DNA of 36,224 nt from Candidatus Methanophagaceae archaeon. GTDB lineage: Archaea; Halobacteriota; Syntropharchaeia; Alkanophagales; Methanospirareceae. Below are positions 27,956 to 34,090 of this stretch, one piece after another. The notes beneath the pieces were generated by a model. The model did not search any database, was not told where the DNA came from, and worked only from the letters and a program-made list of their open reading frames with translations. How positions within the stretch are numbered: the stretch's first letter is position 1; every line of letters starts with the position of its first letter. The position numbers were made by a program, and so were the translations under genes. The stretch spans positions 1-36,224 of the forward strand of contig QENJ01000001.1 of the NCBI GenBank assembly GCA_013374505.1. The letters run 5' to 3'.

Positions 27956-28072
27956 GTTAAAGAAGGGTAAACAACAAGACCTTGTTGAATCAAGCAGTTT
28001 ATCAAAAGTTGGTAAGGGCATCTCGCCCATAATATCCAATATCATGCTGATGGCGTCCTTTGACTATTCGAC
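27956..28072 (+). pseudogene. 117-bp orphan fragment homologous to an internal part of the type IIG R-M gene
   Basis: Aligns without gaps to 21145-21261 with about 14 mismatches. It encodes KKGKQQDLVESSSLSKVGKGISPIISNIMLMASFDYS versus KKSKQQDSIELNILSRVGKGISPIISNILLMASFDFT. No start codon and no flanking ORF. Confidence 0.75.
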
Positions 28073-28095
28073 AAAAATAAAAAGAATAAGATAGC

Positions 28096-28980
28096 TCATC
28101 GCACTATCTTCGCTATATCTATCTCAATAATATCTTCCGCACCCATGCTCTTCAGCTCAGGTATCAATATATTCACCTCGCGTTTGCTTACTACCGTTTC
28201 CACCGCGTAATACCGCTCGTTACTATCACCGTAAAGCTGAGAGATAGTCGGTTTCTTCATTGCCGGTAGTGTCGACACCAACTCCTTTAGCTTAGCCTCC
28301 GGAACATTCATGCTGAGTAATACCTTACCCCGCGCTTCTATAACGCCGGAAAGCAACGTCTTTATCTCTTCTATCTCGCGCCGTTTCTTTAGGTCGTCCC
28401 AGGAATCCTTATTTACTATTAACTTCGTGGATGATTCTTCTATCGTATCTATAATGCGCCAGTTGTTCTTCCTTAGTGTCTCACCAGTTTCCGTGAGCTC
28501 GACTATGCCGTCCATCATGTCCTTCGCTTCGGTAGCACCGTATGAGAAGAATATCTGCACAGGAATACCGAGTTTGTCGAAGAACGACTTTGTGAGTTTT
28601 GGATATTCCGTGCTTATCTTACTCTGCGGTTTTATATCTTTTGCCGTGTTTATTCCCGCTGCATCTGCTTGCACTGCGAGCACTATTTTTACCGTGCCTT
28701 CCTTCTCCAAAGTTTTGCTGTAGCTCAGGTCTGCTATTTCTACTACGTCAGCACCCCGTTCTTCTATCCAATCTTTACCCGTTATGCCAACGTCGAAATA
28801 GCCTTTCTCGACATATTCCGGTATTTCCTGCGGTCTCAATATCTTTACTTTCTCTATCCGCGGGTCTTCTATCCTCGGATTGTATTCGCGGCTCGTTACT
28901 TTTATCTCCAGGTCGGCCTGCTTGAACAACAGCAGTGTTTGCGCCTCTAAACTGCCTTTCGGTATCACTATGCTTATCAT
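28096..28980 (-). CDS. hisG: ATP phosphoribosyltransferase, long form
   Basis: MISIVIPKGSLEAQT..., DVGITGKDW and the C-terminal regulatory domain. The internal ATG at 28980 is preferred over the track start at 29058. Confidence 0.9.
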   Translation of the reverse strand: MISIVIPKGSLEAQTLLLFKQADLEIKVTSREYNPRIEDPRIEKVKILRPQEIPEYVEKGYFDVGITGKDWIEERGADVVEIADLSYSKTLEKEGTVKIVLAVQADAAGINTAKDIKPQSKISTEYPKLTKSFFDKLGIPVQIFFSYGATEAKDMMDGIVELTETGETLRKNNWRIIDTIEESSTKLIVNKDSWDDLKKRREIEEIKTLLSGVIEARGKVLLSMNVPEAKLKELVSTLPAMKKPTISQLYGDSNERYYAVETVVSKREVNILIPELKSMGAEDIIEIDIAKIVR

Positions 28981-29049
28981 GTTTATCTTTCCTTTTTTGT
29001 TATAAAAGAAGAACAACTTAAATAATGTGAGACGGTATAGCAAATCTCG

Positions 29050-29375
29050 ATGAACCATAAAAAGGGAAAAAATAAATTACAGGACACTGATTCACACAGA
29101 TTAACGCAGATGAAAATTTATAAATGGCGTGAGATAACCGAGAAGATAATTGGAGCAGCATACAAAGTGCATAACACACTTGGTTCTGGTTTTTTGGAAA
29201 TGGTATACCAAAATGCGCTTGTCATTGAGCTTCAAACGCTTGGGTTTCGCGTAGAGGTAAAAAGCCTATAACGGTCTATTATCATGATGAAGTCGTGGGT
29301 ATTTATGTTGCCGATATTATCGTTGATGGAAAAGTCCTTCTCGAAATAATGGATAAAAATAAATCAGTGTCTTAA
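29050..29375 (+). pseudogene. frameshifted and C-terminally truncated GxxExxY-family gene relic inside a 10-bp inverted-repeat pair
   Basis: ITEKIIGAAYKVHNTLGSGFLEMVYQNALVIELQTLGFRVEV, then a stop. After a frame change in an A5 run, homology continues as KKPITVYYHDEVVGIYVADIIVDGKVLLEI. GACACTGATT at 29083-29092 pairs with AATCAGTGTC at 29362-29371. Confidence 0.65.
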
Positions 29376-29478
29376 ATAGAAGGCAGTTATACTTTATATA
29401 CAAAAATAAAAGTTTCTCTGGTCATGCGTTCTTATCTAAAGAGAGATTGTGTGATTAGCTAAACATCTTGCAGGAGAC

Positions 29479-30099
29479 ATGGTAAAACGAACAGAACTGA
29501 CCCGAGACAGATTTTACAAACGTGCGAAAGAGGAAGGTTATAGGTCACGTTCCGCATACAAATTGATGCAGATAGAAGATAGGTTCAAGCTAATAAATAC
29601 GGGCGATGTCGTTATAGACCTGGGCGCCGCTCCCGGTGGCTGGTCACAAGTAGCAAAAACGTGGGTTGGTGATAATGGCGTGGTAATAAGCGTAGATTTG
29701 CAACATATAGAAAAGATAGAGCACGTAGTAATAATAAAGAGCGATATAACGGATGCAGAAGCGACTATAAAAGCGATTAAAGGTACGAATTCTTTGAAAG
29801 GTCGAGATACTGTGGATGTTGTGATTTCTGATGTAGCACCGAACTTATCCGGTAACCGCGATTACGACCAGTTTCGGTCATTAGAACTGAGTAAATCGGC
29901 GTTGAATATCGCAGCGGCACTATTACGAGCTGAGGGTAACTTCGTGACAAAGATATTTCAAGGCGATTACTATAACCAATTTTATAAGGCTGTGAAGGAT
30001 AGGTTCCGGAACACAAAGGCGTATTCGCCCGGAGCGTCTCGTAAAAGAAGTGCCGAGGTTTATGTGATAGGAAAAGGGTTTCGTGAATCAGTACAATAA
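29479..30099 (+). CDS. rlmE: 23S rRNA 2'-O-ribose methyltransferase RlmE/FtsJ
   Basis: RSRSAYKLMQIEDRFKLI, DLGAAPGGWSQV, VISDVAPNLSG and TKIFQG motifs. Confidence 0.85.
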   Translation: MVKRTELTRDRFYKRAKEEGYRSRSAYKLMQIEDRFKLINTGDVVIDLGAAPGGWSQVAKTWVGDNGVVISVDLQHIEKIEHVVIIKSDITDAEATIKAIKGTNSLKGRDTVDVVISDVAPNLSGNRDYDQFRSLELSKSALNIAAALLRAEGNFVTKIFQGDYYNQFYKAVKDRFRNTKAYSPGASRKRSAEVYVIGKGFRESVQ

Positions 30100-30277
30100 A
30101 AAAGAAAGCTTTACCAAAGAAATAATAGACTTTCTATACATTTAAAAATTGGAATTGTCCGTGTGCATCATTTGCGGAGGGGAAGATAGTTAGTAGTGAG
30201 ATTAATATCTTTCTGATATGCCTGAATCACTTCAAGTTCTCACACTAATTATCCTTTTGTACTCCTTTTCACCAAGC

Positions 30278-30589
30278 CTAAAGCCGACTGCCATGAGGTC
30301 CTCTATGGATTGCTTTGAATCTCAATGTCTTAAGGTCTTTTTCGGCATCCTTTGCAGTATAATCTATTGGAATACCTTTTTCATTCAGTATCATCAGCAT
30401 CTCCCACTTATTTCGTGCACCCGCGACTTCTGCCGCTTTGCCAAGTGATAATTTACCTTCTTTATATAGTTCTGCTGCTAATGGACGTCTGATGAACTCA
30501 TCGAGCTCATCTTCTTTTAGCTTTGTCGCAGTCAAAAAAGAACAGGGTAATTTGACCGTTGCTTCTAATGTTTCCATGCTCATCACCAA
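30278..30589 (-). CDS. UPF0175-family putative antitoxin, orphan (no DUF3368/PIN partner downstream)
   Basis: LAAELYKEGKLSLGKAAEVAGARNKWEMLMILNEKGIPIDY is the typical UPF0175 HTH-like core. Only 178 nt of non-coding DNA separate it from the rlmE 3' end. Confidence 0.6.
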   Translation of the reverse strand: MVMSMETLEATVKLPCSFLTATKLKEDELDEFIRRPLAAELYKEGKLSLGKAAEVAGARNKWEMLMILNEKGIPIDYTAKDAEKDLKTLRFKAIHRGPHGSRL

Positions 30590-30781
30590 TAGTTGATTAG
30601 GTTTTATAGGTTATTAAATCTTGCCTGCAAGGTATGTATGCGGGAAAAAAACGGAAGTTTTTACGATGGCTTTCACGATATGATTTTTTTGGTTGTATCA
30701 ACCCCTGCGAATTTCGGAGGAAGGGGGATATGAAAGAAGATTGTGATAAATAACCTTTCTTTAAACCTTTTAAGAAAAGGT

Positions 30782-31212
30782 TTATGTTGGAATTTTTTGA
30801 AACCCCATTCCAACTTGCGAGAAATGGTCATCTTCTGTAATAATATCGGTGATTCCTATCTCCGCCATGACTACCATTGTAGTCAAATCGGTAAAGGAGA
30901 TCCGCGGCTTGTCCTTAAACTTCATTCTCAATTCTTTTGCTTTCTCGAATCTTTCTGCAGTGATACGCTCTAAACGGAGGTAACCTTCTTTAATAGCAAG
31001 GTCTATTACCTCAAGCGAGTCTTTAGCTTCTGTGAAAGGCACCCGCCGGAAAAAAAGGGTAAAAGTTTCATCCAGAACATAATCTGTAGTGTAACTTACA
31101 CCTTTTTGGTCGTTCCACGACGAATAAAAGTTTGTAAGCACTATATGCCTTGGCTCACGCTTATTTCCCGGGACTATCCAACCCAACCCCAGGTGTCAAT
31201 GAAAAGTTTCAA
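30782..31212 (-). pseudogene. vapC: PIN-domain VapC toxin disrupted near its 5' end by a 5-bp tandem duplication
   Basis: A TTG overlapping the antitoxin stop opens MKLFIDTWGWVG*. The rest (GWIVPGNKREPRH...TTDYVLDETFTLF...FTDLTTMVVMAEIGITDIITEDDHF) is in another frame. Removing one GGTTG copy (31179-31188) restores a single frame. Confidence 0.55.
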
Positions 31213-31463
31213 TCTTCCTCACCGTAGAGTATTTCGTCAATCTTGTGGGCAAAGGGTTCAACTGATACCCCCCCTATGTATTTCAGTATGGGGTCTTTTT
31301 TGGGGTCTAATTCTAATTCTTCCGCCTGTTCTTCTCGCTTCTCTCTTGCCAAAAGATAGCCCACGAAATCAAATACTTCTACGAGTTTATCTTCTGAAAG
31401 ACGCTCTAAAGCTTCTTTGACTACCTCTTCTAATACCTGCCTTTTATGCAAAGCATTTTTCAT
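31209..31463 (-). CDS. putative antitoxin of the adjacent VapC (DUF2281-like)
   Basis: 84 aa and acidic, immediately upstream of and overlapping the PIN gene. LVEVFDFVGYLLAREK resembles DUF2281-type antitoxins. Confidence 0.5.
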   Translation of the reverse strand: MKNALHKRQVLEEVVKEALERLSEDKLVEVFDFVGYLLAREKREEQAEELELDPKKDPILKYIGGVSVEPFAHKIDEILYGEED

Positions 31464-31611
31464 CTATCTTCTCATCTCCACCAAATAGGTGTTTAGCGTT
31501 TTCTCCTTATTTGTCGTTGTCACTATCTAAACAGAGTGTTTTAGCACTTTATAAAAAGCATAAAACGTTATATTTATTAGAACAATTAATAATATACACA
31601 AGGGTGTAAAA

Positions 31612-31839
31612 ATGAGTGCCAGGACCTTATCTTTATCGGAAGAGGTATATGCAAGGTTGGACGCAGAAAGAGAAGAAGGGGAAAGTTTCAACGATGTCAT
31701 CACGCGGTTAACCGATAAGAAAAAGCTGACGAATATAGTTGGATTCTTAAAAGAAGAGGGTGCTGAAGAGATGTGGCAAGTTATCGAGGCGATGCGAGAA
31801 AAGAGCAGAGGTCGAACGTTGAGGTTAACAGAAGGATGA
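31612..31839 (+). CDS. vapB: VapB-type antitoxin (archaeal DUF217-like family)
   Basis: LSLSEEVYARLDAEREEGESFNDVITRL is the conserved N-terminal ribbon-helix motif of this family. ATGA overlap with the next ORF. Confidence 0.6.
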   Translation: MSARTLSLSEEVYARLDAEREEGESFNDVITRLTDKKKLTNIVGFLKEEGAEEMWQVIEAMREKSRGRTLRLTEG

Positions 31840-31955
31840 TAGACCCAGAAGATGCTATGATTGCCGGGATTGCTTTGATTAATGATGAATCTGTTCTCAC
31901 TAGAAATGTTGAACATTTCTCTCGCATACGTGACCTGAAAATCGAGACATATTGA
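31836..31955 (+). pseudogene. VapC (PIN) relic: start codon fused to the last 35 or so residues by internal deletion
   Basis: MIDPEDAMIAGIALINDESVLTRNVEHFSRIRDLKIETY keeps only the C-terminal PIN motif (D..IAa.A......lvTrN...F). The N-terminal catalytic Asp/Glu region is absent. Confidence 0.55.
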
Positions 31956-31958
31956 ACT

Positions 31959-32192
31959 ATGCGAAAGCTAAAAATCGAAACTATGCCGAATTTGGAATCG
32001 CGTCCAGGAGAGGAGTGGATAGAAGTGCCCGAAGGACTGCATGCTAAGTTTGTTTACCGTGTAGACCGGGAGATTTCTCTTGCCCAAGTTCGGCAGGAGT
32101 TATCTTCAATTGAAGGTAATCTCTTGGAGATAATTTCCAAGCAACGTGAAGAGCGAGGATGCGTTTTCTCATCTCATCGGGCTCTTCTCTAA
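31959..32192 (+). pseudogene. deletion derivative of the 32784-33499 TA module (antitoxin 3' half fused out of frame to an internal PIN segment)
   Basis: 32063-32160 is homologous to 32937-33034. 32157-32192 is homologous to 33211-33248. About 181 bp are missing between two GGGATG repeats of the intact copy. Confidence 0.6.
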
Positions 32193-32279
32193 TGATGAAA
32201 GGGTTAAATTCAAATAAATCAAAATTTGATATCATCTGGAACTTGAATAAACCGTAAAAAAGGAGGAAGGAATAGAAAA

Positions 32280-32504
32280 ATGGGAAGCGAAACGATAACT
32301 CTGACAGAAGAAGCGTATAATCTATTGATACAACAAAAAGGAGATAACGAAAGCTTTGCTGATGTAATAATCAGGCTATCAAAACGAGGTAAATTAAAGG
32401 ATTGTTTTGGTGCTTGGGATATGGATGACGATGAGGAAAAAGCGATGTTTGCAAATTTGAGAAAGTTCTGGGAAAAAAGCGAACTGCGTGGGGTAAAGCT
32501 GTGA
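32280..32504 (+). CDS. vapB: VapB-type antitoxin (same family as 31612)
   Basis: ITLTEEAYNLLIQQKGDNESFADVIIRL. GTGA overlap with a PIN N-terminal fragment. Confidence 0.6.
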   Translation: MGSETITLTEEAYNLLIQQKGDNESFADVIIRLSKRGKLKDCFGAWDMDDDEEKAMFANLRKFWEKSELRGVKL

Positions 32505-32623
32505 AGTGTTTAGATACAGACTTCCTTGTGGCTATTTTAAGAGGGAAAAACGCTGCAAAATCAAAGATGGAATCGTTAGATGCTGAGGGGCATAATGCAA
32601 CCACTACGATAAATGCATCATAA
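32501..32623 (+). pseudogene. VapC (PIN) N-terminal fragment, truncated after 40 aa
   Basis: Hand-translated VKCLDTDFLVAILRGKNAAKSKMESLDAEGHNATTTINAS*. The LDTDFLV motif with the first catalytic Asp is present and the rest of the domain is missing. Confidence 0.55.
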
Positions 32624-32783
32624 AAGAATAACGGGATTGCAGATAGAAAACAGGTATTTTTAAAAAATCCTGCCTTTTTTTTATCGGATGTTTTGGTCTA
32701 ACGTGATTGTGAAACAGTCTCTCTGATCGTTGCATGGTACTCGATTATAGTATATTTAAGGTGACTAAAAATATAGAAGTAAT

Positions 32784-33035
32784 ATGGTATCAAGTGGAAC
32801 AGTGGCTGAGGGAGAAATAGTATCTAGGATAAAAAGTTTAGGGAAAATAGAGATAAGAGAAGTGCTGGATTTTATTGATTCTATTCAAGAAAAGAAGGAG
32901 GCGGAGCCATTCATTTGCTACATAAAAGAGAAGGCGGACCGGGAGATTACTCTTGCCCAGGTTCGGCAGGAGTTATCTTCAATTAAAGGTAATCTCTCGG
33001 AGACAATTTCAAAGCAACGTGAAGAGTGGGGATGA
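32784..33035 (+). CDS. putative antitoxin of the intact VapC
   Basis: 83 aa. Its stop overlaps the vapC ATG (ATGA at 33032-33035). Confidence 0.5.
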   Translation: MVSSGTVAEGEIVSRIKSLGKIEIREVLDFIDSIQEKKEAEPFICYIKEKADREITLAQVRQELSSIKGNLSETISKQREEWG

Positions 33036-33499
33036 AGACTTATTTTTTAGATACCAGCGCTTTGGTCAAACGGTATCATCAGGAAGTAGGAACCGAAGTT
33101 ATTGATAAAATATTTGGAGAAGAGGATAAAGAGCTATTCATTTCCGACCTTAGCATTATCGAATTCCATTCAGCTATTGCTCTGAAAGTTAGGACGAGAG
33201 AAATTTCCCGGGATGCGTTTTCACATCTCATCGGGCTCTTCTCTAATGAACTCGATGTCGGGTTATATCGGGTAATGCGGATAGATGAAGCAGAAAAGCA
33301 AGAAGCAGTGGAATTATTGACTAAATATGGATTGGGTTACGCTCTCAGAACGTTGGATAGCTTGCAACTTGCAGCTATGGAATCCGTAGGTAAAGCGAAT
33401 GTGGACTGGGTTGTCTGCGCGGATGCACGATTTTGCGAGGTTATTCGATTGCAAGGCTTTCAAGTTATCAACCCTGAAGAAAGCGTAAGAAATGTGTAA
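33032..33499 (+). CDS. vapC: PIN-domain toxin VapC (apparently intact)
   Basis: MKTYFLDTSALVKRY...SDLSIIEFHSA...LRTLDSLQLAAM...VCADARF covers all four acidic PIN positions. Confidence 0.8.
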   Translation: MKTYFLDTSALVKRYHQEVGTEVIDKIFGEEDKELFISDLSIIEFHSAIALKVRTREISRDAFSHLIGLFSNELDVGLYRVMRIDEAEKQEAVELLTKYGLGYALRTLDSLQLAAMESVGKANVDWVVCADARFCEVIRLQGFQVINPEESVRNV

Positions 33500-33876
33500 G
33501 ATACCTGTATTTAAGGGCATTGATGAAGCAGCAGAATTCGGGGATACTCACGATACAGTACGTAAACGAATTTGGATCGTTTCCGCGACCTGCGAAATCC
33601 GTGTGAATGTTTGCATGTCGTTCAGCATATGTGCGACCGCTACAAAAAATTAGAAACATGTTAAATTAAATTTACAATAATTGTAAGTAGCTATCACACC
33701 AGGTTTTGAAATAACGTTTGTAATGCGTAAAACACGAATCAAACGTTTATAAAAACTTTATTTGTTAGAAAATCAGATAAAAACCGAAAAGCATTTATAG
33801 TGATAACATCTAAACTATCTTTTGTTAGAAGCTAAAGGACGTATGGCGGCATACACGGTAGCAGATAGCACGTGTA

Positions 33877-33903
33877 AAACCTTTCTTTAAAAAAGAAAGG
33901 TTT
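33877..33903. other. perfect 12-bp-stem palindrome AAACCTTTCTTT-aaa-AAAGAAAGGTTT
   Basis: Read directly from the sequence. A related hairpin AAACCTTTT-aag-AAAAGGTTT sits at 30763-30783, preceded by AACCTTTCTTTA. Confidence 0.6.
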
Positions 33904-34090
33904 AGCGTTACCAACGAAATATGCAGTGAAAGATGAAGAACACAAAACGAGACAAATGAAATGTTTTCCGGTAATATACAAGGGGGGTTGTTAGCACGTT
34001 AAAAAAGAGGAAGGTTTTTATAGCGGGTTTGTAACAATTATCTTGTGTGGGTCTAGGGTATGAAAAAATAAGGAGAAGGGGTAAAAGAAG

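Noticed and set aside
28981-29058. 26-codon N-terminal extension of hisG in the track
   Set aside because: HisG proteins start at MISIVIPKGSL-type sequences. The extension is Phe/Lys-rich promoter sequence read in frame.
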